Below are positions 9,131 to 17,400 of a DNA stretch of 64,000 bases, piece by piece (within the stretch, counting starts at the first letter, position 1; each line of letters starts with the position of its first letter). The stretch covers positions 387,460-451,459 of the forward strand of contig CAVTAP010000017.1 of NCBI GenBank assembly GCA_963732695.1, read 5' to 3'. The stretch comes from an uncultured Actinomycetota bacterium. GTDB taxonomy: Bacteria; Actinomycetota; Acidimicrobiia; Acidimicrobiales; SZUA-35. A model generated the notes under the pieces. The model did not search any database. It had not been told where the DNA came from and saw only the letters and a list, made by a program, of their open reading frames with translations. The translations under genes and the position numbers were made by a program.

Positions 9131-9240
9131 CCGCAGGGCCCGCCATCGGCCACCCCACGTCAGAGTTCCCGGACCGGGTGGCGACCATCGGGGAATTCTG
9201 ACCCCCCGTGCCGTCCTGCGACACCCCACGTCAGAGTTCG
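9121..9240. repeat. Two tandem ~70-bp units, each an 11-bp-stem hairpin (GGAAcTCTGAC-N27-GTCAGAGTTCc)
   Basis: CACCCCACGTCAGAGTTC occurs at 9151-9168 and 9222-9239. Complementary arms are GGAACTCTGAC at 9121-9131 and GGAATTCTGAC at 9192-9202, with identical 30-nt offsets. Unit 1 overlaps the LysR stop codon. Confidence 0.7.
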
Positions 9241-9264
9241 GGTGTTGCCTAGAGTTGAGGCACC

Positions 9265-10218
9265 GTGGCCGACACCCGCAAACGCAACCGGTTCATCGAC
9301 CGTACGGCTGAGGCGTTGAACCTGGGCCGGGCCGACGTCGAGGCACTGTTCCAGGGGGCCCGGGCCACCACCGCCCGGGTCAACGCGCTCCACCCCTCCC
9401 GCCGCCCGGCCGAGATCGAGGCCGACCTGCGGGCCGTGGTCCCCTCGCTCCAACCGGTGCCCTGGTGCCCCTACACCTGGCGCACCGACGGGCCCGACGG
9501 CTTCTCGCCGGCGGCCCCCGCCCTCCTCGAGGACGGCCGGGTCTACCTCCAGAACGCGTCCAGCCTGCTACCGGTGGCCGCCCTCGACCCCCAGCCCGGC
9601 CACAGGGTGCTCGACGTGGCCGCCGCCCCCGGCGGCAAGGCCTTCCACATCGCCGCCCGGACCGGCAACGAGGGCGAGCTGTGGCTGAACGATGGCAACC
9701 CCCAGCGGGCGGCCCACCTCGGGGAGCTGGCCCAGGTCTACGGGGTCCGGGTCACCCGGTTGACCTCACATCCGGCCCAGTACCTCGACAAGTACCTGGG
9801 GGCCGGCGAGACCTTCGACCGGATCCTGCTCGACGTCCAGTGCTCGGGGGAGGGGCGGGTCGACCTGCGCCACGGCGACGCCCTCCGGTTCTGGAGCGAG
9901 GCCCGGATCGAGAAGTACAAGTTCCTCCAGACCAAGATGCTGGACACCGCCTACAAGCTGCTGCGCCCGGGCGGGGTGATGGTCTACTCCACCTGCACGG
10001 TGGCCCCCGAGGAGAACGAGTTCCCGGTGGACAAGGTGCTGTCACGCCACGCCGACCTCGACCTGGCGCCGATCGCCGTCAGCGAGCCGGCCATCGTGCC
10101 CGGGCGCACGACGTGGCGCGAGGTGCGCTTCGATCGGCGGCTCTCCCGGGCCGTCCGGGTGGTGCCCGATGGCACCTTCGAAGCCTTCTTTGCCGCTAAA
10201 TTAGTGCGATCTCCTTGA
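9265..10218 (+). CDS. RsmB/NOP2/Sun-family class I SAM-dependent RNA (cytosine-C5) methyltransferase
   Basis: Motifs VLDVAAAPGGK, DRILLDVQCSGEG and YSTCTVAPEENE (two catalytic Cys motifs). Confidence 0.85.
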   Translation: MADTRKRNRFIDRTAEALNLGRADVEALFQGARATTARVNALHPSRRPAEIEADLRAVVPSLQPVPWCPYTWRTDGPDGFSPAAPALLEDGRVYLQNASSLLPVAALDPQPGHRVLDVAAAPGGKAFHIAARTGNEGELWLNDGNPQRAAHLGELAQVYGVRVTRLTSHPAQYLDKYLGAGETFDRILLDVQCSGEGRVDLRHGDALRFWSEARIEKYKFLQTKMLDTAYKLLRPGGVMVYSTCTVAPEENEFPVDKVLSRHADLDLAPIAVSEPAIVPGRTTWREVRFDRRLSRAVRVVPDGTFEAFFAAKLVRSP

Positions 10219-10382
10219 TGTGATCCCTCAGATATATCTGAATAGAAATGAGACCATCAGTGGACATGCAGCAAATCTCTTGGCTGTAGAACCGCTCTGA
10301 GCTGCGAGAACGTCGCTCATTGAGCGGCCTGGTCGTTACATGATTAGACTCCAATTCTTCAAGAATCTGGGTTCTTTTCCCT

Positions 10383-10440
10383 AGGCACCTCGTATCATTT
10401 CGCCCAGCACTTCAGATCGACCCGCAGGGTCGAGGTGCCT
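10383..10440 (+). promoter_or_regulatory. 5'-leader hairpin directly upstream of the RBS of the IPT/TIG gene
   Basis: AGGCACCTCG (10383-10392) pairs perfectly with CGAGGTGCCT (10431-10440). An inner TCGACCC-GCA-GGGTCGA hairpin (10417-10433) competes for 3 nt. GGAGG and ATG follow at 10443-10460. Confidence 0.4.
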
Positions 10441-10457
10441 TGAGGAGGTAACGAACG

Positions 10458-11822
10458 ATGCCGAGTCGCAAGGAGGATGTGGCGCTCTCGGGCCGACGAG
10501 ACCGGACCCGGGTAGCAAGAGTGCTGGCAGGTTCCCTGTTGGCCTGCGGGCTCTTGCTGCTCGGTTCGACGTCGAGCGCGAGCGCCAGTACCGACGCGGG
10601 AGCCCCCATGTCGAAGACGTCCACGACGTCGAGCAAGGACAAGGACGCCCTCATCGCCCAGGCCCTGCAACAGGGTCTGATCACCGAGGCCGACCTGCAG
10701 CCCGACGCACCGGGCACGATCGTGGCCTTCGCCGTTCCCACCGTCACCGCGGTGGCCCCGGCCGGGGGTCCGCTGGAGGGCGGCCAGATCGTGGCCATCA
10801 CGGGAACCGGGTTCACCGGGGCCACCGCCGTGAAGTTCGACCTGGTCGACGCCACTGCCTACGCCATCGTGTCGGCCACCCGGATCGTGGCCCAGGTGCC
10901 CAACGCGGCAGCCGCCGCGGCCAAGGTCATCAAGGTGACCAACGCCGACGGCACGAACTCGACCGGCTCGGCCTACACCTATGGTGCCCCCACCGTCAGT
11001 AGCGTGTCGCCGGCCTACGCCGATCCGGCTACGGAGAAGGTCGTGACGATCACGGGTACGGGATTCCTCGGGCTCACCGACGAAGCCGACGTGGCCTTCG
11101 GAGCGGATGCCGCCACGGCGATCTTCGTGGTCTCCGACACCCAGATCGTGGCCACCACCCCCGACACCAACATCGACCCGGGTCTGGTGGAGGTGACGGT
11201 CACCCGCAACAGCGTGGCCAGCAGCACCGCCGGCACCGGATCCGACTTCCTGTTCAGCGACGCCATGCCCGAGATCACCTCGCTCGGTGCCACCACCGGG
11301 GCCGCCAACTCCACCAGCCTGGCCGATCTGGTGATCACCGGCACCGACATGTTCGGTGTGCGCAAGGTCAACTTCGGCGCCACCGCCGTGACCACGGGCA
11401 TCACGGTGAACGTCGGCGGCACCACGGTGACGGTGAAGCCCCCGAGCCGGGCCTCGGGCCCGGTGGACATCACGTTGGAGACGGCGATGGGCACCACCAC
11501 GGCCAACCTGAACACCAAGTTCAGCTACATCGCCACCGTGGCGCCCACCGTCAGCGCCATCACGCCGGCGGTGCTCGACACGGGAACCGGCGGCTCGTTC
11601 CTGGTGGTCGGCACCGGCTTCGGCGGCGTCGGAACCTCGAAGGTGACCGTCAAGTGCACGGCCGACATCGTGCCCGACTCGGTGGTGGTGGTCAGTGACA
11701 CCCAGATGATCGTGACCGCCGGAGCCGACGACGACGGCCCTGAAGACTGCGACCTCGAGGTTGTCAACCCGTCCGACAACACCAAGAAGGTCACGGTCAC
11801 GAACGGGATCCACTACCTGTAG
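10458..11822 (+). CDS. Secreted protein with about five tandem IPT/TIG (Ig-like) domains
   Basis: Signal-like N-terminus. Repeated units of the type VTAVAPAGGPLEGGQIVAITGTGFTGATAVKFD / VSSVSPAYADPATEKVVTITGTGFLG / ITSLGATTG...VITGTDMFGVRKVNFG. Confidence 0.8.
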   Translation: MPSRKEDVALSGRRDRTRVARVLAGSLLACGLLLLGSTSSASASTDAGAPMSKTSTTSSKDKDALIAQALQQGLITEADLQPDAPGTIVAFAVPTVTAVAPAGGPLEGGQIVAITGTGFTGATAVKFDLVDATAYAIVSATRIVAQVPNAAAAAAKVIKVTNADGTNSTGSAYTYGAPTVSSVSPAYADPATEKVVTITGTGFLGLTDEADVAFGADAATAIFVVSDTQIVATTPDTNIDPGLVEVTVTRNSVASSTAGTGSDFLFSDAMPEITSLGATTGAANSTSLADLVITGTDMFGVRKVNFGATAVTTGITVNVGGTTVTVKPPSRASGPVDITLETAMGTTTANLNTKFSYIATVAPTVSAITPAVLDTGTGGSFLVVGTGFGGVGTSKVTVKCTADIVPDSVVVVSDTQMIVTAGADDDGPEDCDLEVVNPSDNTKKVTVTNGIHYL

Positions 11823-11909
11823 GAGCGGCGACCCCGCTTCAACCAGCACGGAATCACAGTCAACAAGCCGATCCGGCCGTCGCTGCGACGGCTGCACTGC
11901 GAGGCTTCT

Positions 11910-11946
11910 GGCGGGGCCCCGGGGACACAGTCTCCGGGGCCCCGCC
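11910..11946 (+). terminator. GC-rich stem-loop downstream of the IPT/TIG gene
   Basis: GGCGGGGCCCCGGGGAC-ACA-GTCTCCGGGGCCCCGCC: 17-bp stem with one mismatch. No clear U-tract. Confidence 0.55.
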
Positions 11947-11992
11947 GCGTCTTGGGTCGCGGCCCCGATCCGGCCTATCGTCGTCACCCGAG

Positions 11993-13249
11993 GTGGCAAC
12001 GATGGACATCGCGTACTCAACCGAAGCCGAGCAGTACCGGGAGAAGATCCAGGCCTTCCTGGCCGAGCACCTGCCGGCCGGGTGGAGCGGGCTGAGCGGC
12101 CTGGCCGAGGACAAGCGGGCCGGGTTCGTGGCCGAGTGGCGCCATCTGCTGGCGGCCGAGGGGCTGGTGGCTCCGGCCTGGCCCACGGAGTACGGCGGCG
12201 GCGGGCTCACCCCGATCGAGCGGGTGGTGCTGCACGAGGAGTTCGCCCGGGCCGGGGTGCCCACCGGCGGGCCGAACGACGGCATGGGCATCTCCATGAT
12301 CGGGCCCACCCTGATGGTGCTGGGCACCGAGGCCCAGAAGAAGCACTTCCTGCCGAAGATCCTGTCGGGCGAGCACCGCTGGTGCCAGGGCTACTCCGAG
12401 CCCAACTCCGGCTCCGACCTGGCATCGCTCAGCACCAAGGCCGTGCTCGACGGCGACGAGTGGGTGATCAACGGCCAGAAGATCTGGACCTCCGAGGCCC
12501 ACACCGCCAACTGGATCTTCATCCTGTGCCGCACCGCCCCCGACCAGATCAAGCACAAGGGGATCACGTTCCTGCTGGCCCCCATGGACCAGCCAGGGAT
12601 CGACATCCGCCCCATCGTCAACATCGCCCGCACGCACGAGTTCAACGAGGTCTTCTTCACCGACGTGCGCACGGCGAAGGAGAACGTGGTGGGCGACGTG
12701 AACGAGGGATGGCGGGTGGCCAACCAGCTGCTGGCCTTCGAACGGGGCGACGACGCCACCGTGGTGTCGATGCGGATGCGGGGCATGGAGAACCGCCTGG
12801 TCGAGATCGCCCGGGCCCAGGGGCTGCTCGACGATCCGGTGGTGCGCCAGGAGCTGGCCTGGATCCACTCCAAGGTCGAGATCCTTCGCTTCCTCGGCTA
12901 TCGCACGCTCACCCAGCTGCTGGCCGGCCAGGTGCTGGGTTCGGAGAGCTCGATCAACAAGCTGCTGTGGACCGAGCTGTACCAGCGGGGCACCGAGCTG
13001 GGCGTCAACTGGTGGGGGGCCAACGCCATGGCCCCCAGTGGTGAGTCGCCCCTGTCGGCCGTGTTCTCCGAGGCCTCGGGCGACCCGTGGACGTCACAGG
13101 CCCTGGTCGAGCACTTCCTCGGCGCCCGACCGGCCTCGATCTACTCCGGCTCCAATGAGATCCAGCGCAACATCGTGGGGGAGCGGCTCCTCGGCCTGCC
13201 CAAGGAACCCCGCTCCGATGCCGGCCCCTGGAACGAGACGTTGCGGTAG
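11993..13249 (+). CDS. Acyl-CoA dehydrogenase family protein
   Basis: GYSEPNSGSDLASL motif, WTSEAH, and C-terminal IYSGSNEIQRNIVGE. The start could be GTG 11993 or ATG 12002. Confidence 0.9.
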   Translation: MATMDIAYSTEAEQYREKIQAFLAEHLPAGWSGLSGLAEDKRAGFVAEWRHLLAAEGLVAPAWPTEYGGGGLTPIERVVLHEEFARAGVPTGGPNDGMGISMIGPTLMVLGTEAQKKHFLPKILSGEHRWCQGYSEPNSGSDLASLSTKAVLDGDEWVINGQKIWTSEAHTANWIFILCRTAPDQIKHKGITFLLAPMDQPGIDIRPIVNIARTHEFNEVFFTDVRTAKENVVGDVNEGWRVANQLLAFERGDDATVVSMRMRGMENRLVEIARAQGLLDDPVVRQELAWIHSKVEILRFLGYRTLTQLLAGQVLGSESSINKLLWTELYQRGTELGVNWWGANAMAPSGESPLSAVFSEASGDPWTSQALVEHFLGARPASIYSGSNEIQRNIVGERLLGLPKEPRSDAGPWNETLR

Positions 13250-13278
13250 GGCCCTACCCGCCGGCCGCAACCGGTGGG

Positions 13279-13638
13279 TCAGCTGAAGCCGGGCCACCGG
13301 GAGAAGTCGGTGTAGGTGTCGTCCCGCACCACCTTGCCGTCGGCCACCGTCAGCACCACGCAGAACGGCAGCTTCCACTCGGCGCCCTGGTCGGGGTCAC
13401 TGAGCACGCCCTCCACCACGATCACGTCGTCGCCCGAGGGATGCGTCCGTAGCACCTCCATCCGCCGCTTCGGCGCTGCGGCCAGCACCCGCTGCTCCAG
13501 CCGCATCAGCTTCTCCGGGCCCAGCACGGCGCCCATGAGCTTGGCGTCGGAGGCGTACAGCGCCACCAGCGCCTCGATGTCGTCGTTGTAGGTGGCGGCC
13601 CAGCGCTCCACCAGCGACTGGTTCTCGGTAGCTCCCAT
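13279..13638 (-). CDS. SnoaL-like / NTF2-fold small protein
   Basis: Internal ATG at 13638 preceded by GGGGGAA. MGATENQSLVERWAATYNDDIEALVALYASDAKL... has a pattern typical of SnoaL-like domains. The upstream part of ORF 13279..14124 is Arg/Pro junk. Confidence 0.6.
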   Translation of the reverse strand: MGATENQSLVERWAATYNDDIEALVALYASDAKLMGAVLGPEKLMRLEQRVLAAAPKRRMEVLRTHPSGDDVIVVEGVLSDPDQGAEWKLPFCVVLTVADGKVVRDDTYTDFSRWPGFS

Positions 13639-13673
13639 GGCGGTTCCCCCTGTTGAGTGGTGACGAGCCGATC

Positions 13674-14291
13674 CTAGGAGACCCGGACGTCCACCGCAGT
13701 TTCCTGGGACAGAGAGAAGCCGTCGCCGAGAAGGATGCGGTCGCCACTCCAGAACCGGCCGGGGTCGTACCAGTTGGGAGGCTTGGTCTGATCGAGCAGG
13801 CCCATCCGCTGGTAGGTGGTGGCGATCAGCTCGGCGCAGAAGATCTCGTCGGGGAAGGCGGAGCGCCGCACCCGCCCGAGGAGCCACCGCTTGGCCAGGC
13901 CCTGGGCCGACGGGAAGCGCCGCCCGCTGTACTCGTTGATCACCCGTAGCAGCTCGTCTTCGGCGTCGGGGCCGACGGTGGGGGAGAGCTGGCGCACGTA
14001 GGGCTGCTGGTCCCACCGTTCGCTCCACACCCGGACCGACTCGTCGAGCCGCTGGAGCTGCACCCCGGCATGGCGGGTGCCGGTCCACACGTCGGTTGCC
14101 GACGGGCTCGACTCGGTGTGCCACAGCAGCGGTGGCAGATCGCCGATGGCCACCGCCATGGCCACGTGGTTGACCGGGCTGTTCGTGGTGACCTGGACCA
14201 TCCGGTCGTTGACCTTGCGCCCCCGGAACAGCCAGATGTCGCCGGTGGTGGCGGCGTCCATGGCGCTGGTGAGCGAGATGGTGTCGGCCAC
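13674..14291 (-). CDS. Permuted papain-like (YiiX/YaeF, C92-like) putative amidase
   Basis: DIWLFRG...VNHVAMAV...FCAELIATTYQRMGLL pattern. GTG at 14291 chosen because the longer ORF overlaps the divergent small gene and is junk-like. Family call is tentative. Confidence 0.45.
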   Translation of the reverse strand: MADTISLTSAMDAATTGDIWLFRGRKVNDRMVQVTTNSPVNHVAMAVAIGDLPPLLWHTESSPSATDVWTGTRHAGVQLQRLDESVRVWSERWDQQPYVRQLSPTVGPDAEDELLRVINEYSGRRFPSAQGLAKRWLLGRVRRSAFPDEIFCAELIATTYQRMGLLDQTKPPNWYDPGRFWSGDRILLGDGFSLSQETAVDVRVS

Positions 14292-14309
14292 GGGGGTAGT
14301 GTAAGGCCG

Positions 14310-14468
14310 ATGCGCCTGTGGAAGTGGTTGGGTCTGGCGGCGGCGGTGGGCATCGCGGCCACCGGCACGGCGCTGGTGGTGCGCAAGCGCCGCTGGCGGC
14401 ACTACGACGCCGACGAGCTCCGGTCCGAGCTGCACCGTCGCTACGGGGAGGCCACGCAGCGACGGTGA
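14310..14468 (+). CDS. Small (52 aa) single-TM protein
   Basis: ATG at 14310. MRLWKWLGLAAAVGIAATGTALVVRKRRWRHYDADELRSELHRRYGEATQRR: TM helix followed by a basic stop-transfer segment. No family recognised. Confidence 0.4.
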   Translation: MRLWKWLGLAAAVGIAATGTALVVRKRRWRHYDADELRSELHRRYGEATQRR

Positions 14469-14495
14469 GCCCGACGACGAGCCGACCGGTTCGCC

Positions 14496-17400
14496 TCAGG
14501 CCACGGTGAAGGTGGCGCTGTAGGTGATCGTCGTGCCGTCGGTTCGGGTGAGCACAGCCGAGATCGTGTGGCTACCCCGGCTGAGGGTGGCGATGTAGGG
14601 GTTGGCGGTGGCGACGGCACCGCCACCGAAGTCCCACGGGGCCAGGTTCTCGATCCGGAACGGGGTGCCGGTGGTCGGGGTATCGAGGAAGAAGCGCACG
14701 TTGACCCCCGGGGTGGTCACGTCGAGGAAGACGTACAACGGCTCGCCCACCGTCGAGACGTTCCCGGCCAGCGGTACCGCCGGCGATCGGGAGGCGGCCC
14801 GGGACACCTTGAGCGAGGTATCGACCGGCGGACCGACCGTGGTGGTGAAGGTGGTGGACGATACGGCACCCAGTGGGTTGCCGGCCGCGTCGCGCACCGC
14901 GGTCGACACGCTCACCCGGTAGGTGGCGGCGGCTCCCAACGCCTGGCTGGGCGTGAGGGTCACCGTGTTGCCCGAGGTGGCGACGGTGGCCGGTACGGTG
15001 GCGCCGCCGTCGAGGGCGAGGGTCACGCCGCCGTTGGGCAGCACGGGCTCGGAGAACGTGACGATCACCGTGGCGCCGGTGGACACACCGGTGGCACCGC
15101 CCAGCGGGTTCACCGACTGCACCGTCGGGGCCGTGGTGTCGGGCGGCGGAGGCGTGGTGCCCACGGTGAACGTGGCCGAGTAGGTGGCCGTCGTGCCGTT
15201 GGGCCGCGTCAACACGGCACTGATCGTGTGGCTGCCGTTGGGCAGGGTGTTGGTGTGGGGGAAGGCCGTGGCCACGGCGCCGCCGGCGAAGTCCCACGGT
15301 GCCGCCCCTTCGATCCGGACCGGCGAGCCGGTGACCGGGCCATCGAGGAAGAAGCGGACACCGATCGCCGGATCGGTCACGTCGAGGAAGACGTACACCT
15401 GCTCGCCGGGGGTCCACGTGTTACCGGAGAGAGGCGCCGCCGGGGCCCGGGACGGGGCCCTCGACACCTTGAGCTCGGTGCCTCCCGTTGGCGGGGGAGG
15501 GGTGGCGGCGGTGGCGAAGGTGGTGGACGAGGCGGCGCCCACGGGGTTGCCGGCCAGGTCCCGTACCGCAGTCGACACGCCCACCCGATAGGTGGTCCCA
15601 GTGGCCAGCGGGGCCGACGGCGTGAGGATCACGGTGTCGCCGGAGCCCGAGACCGTGGTGGCCACAGGGGCCCCGCCATCCACCGCCAGGGTCACCCCGC
15701 CGTTGGCGGCGACGGCTTCGGAGAACCGGACGGTGACGCTGGTACCGGTGGCCACGGCCGTGGCGTCCGGGGCCGGGGTCACCGACTGGACCGTGGGCGG
15801 TGTGGTGTCGGGCGGGGGTGGGGCGGCGGCCGTGGTGAACGTGGCGGACGAGGCGTCGGCCAGCGGGTTGCCGGCCAGGTCCTGTACCGCAGAGGACACG
15901 CTGACCCGGTAGGTGGTGCCGGTGGCCAGCGGGGCCGACGGTGTGAGGGTGACGGTGTTACCGCTGGCGGTGGCCGTGGCGGTCACAGCGGCGCCCCCGT
16001 CGACGGCGAGGGTGACCCCGTCGTTGGCGTTCACCGGCTCGGAGAAGGTGACGGCCGGGGTGGCCGTGGTGGCCACGCCCGTCGCGCCGTTGGCCGGGGC
16101 GACGCCGTTGACGAGGGGCGGTGTGGTGTCGGGCGGCGGGGGAGCGGTGCCCACCGTGAACGTGGCCGAGTAGATGTCGGTCCCGCCGTCGGTCCGGGTG
16201 AGGACGGCCGTGATCGTGTGGGAACCGTTGCTCAGCCCGTTGACGTAGGGGAAGGCCTCGATGGCCGAGCCGCCGTTGAAGTCCCAGGGTGAGAGGCTCT
16301 CGAGGTGGACCGGGGTGCCGGTGACCGGCGTGTCGAGATGGAAGCGGACTCCCACCGCCGGCGTGGCCACGTCGAGGAAGACGTAGACCTGTTCGCCCGG
16401 CGTCCAGGTGCTCCCGGCCAGAGGCTGGGCCGGGTTGCGGGTGGAGGCCCTCGACACCTCGAGCTCGGTGTTGGCGGGGGCGGCGCCGGTGATGAAGGTG
16501 GTGAACGAGCCGCTGGCCAGTGGGTTGCCGGCCAGGTCGCGCACGGCCGTGGTGACGCTGAGGCGGTAGGCCGTCCCGGCCCCGAGCGGGCCGGACGGGG
16601 TGAGGGTCACCGTGTTGCCGCTCACGGTGGCCGCGGTGGGGACGACCGCCCCACCGTCCACGGCCAGCGAGATGCCGCCGTTGGGTGCTACCGGTTCGGA
16701 GAACGTGACCGAGACGGTGGACGAGGTGGGCAGGCCCGATGCCCCGTTGGCCGGCAGCACCGAGGCCACGGTGGGAGCGGTGGTGTCGGTGGGGGGCGCA
16801 CTGGCGATGGTGAATGTGCTGGTGGTGGCGCTGGCCAGCGGGTTGGCGGCCAGGTCTCGCACGGCGGTGGACACGCTCACCCGGTAGGTGGTGCCGGGGC
16901 TCAGGGGCCCGGCAGGGGCGAGGGTGATGGTGCTGCCGCTGGTGGAGGTCGTGGTCGGGACGGCGGCACCGCCGACGACGGCCAGCGTCACCCCGCCGTT
17001 GGCGGTCACCGGCTCGGTGAAGTTGACGGTCACCGTGGCTCCGGTCGCCACGCCGCTGGCGCCGCCGGCCGGGGTCACCGAGACGACCGACGGGGGCGTG
17101 GTGTCGGCCTGCGGGGTGGACTGCCACACCCGGATGCCGCTGAAGTTGGAGGCGCCGCCGACGGCGCTCAGCTGGATCTGGTTGGCCGTCACCACCACCG
17201 GGACGGGGCCCACCTTCTGCCACGTTCCCGCCCCGCCGGAGACGATGGTGGGCTGGACGACACCGTTGATCGACGGGGTGAACGTCTCGGAGTCGTTGTC
17301 CTCCCAGACCCAGTACTCCACGGTGTAGCTGCCGTTGGGTACGTTGGTCATGGTGGTGACGGCGTTGCCGAAGCCGTAGGTGGAGCACCGGATCATCTCG

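Noticed and set aside
10395-12020. 541-aa minus-strand ORF opposite the IPT/TIG gene
   Set aside because: The translation is Gly/Arg/His/Asp junk. The plus-strand frame has a signal peptide, a strong RBS and repeated IPT/TIG units.
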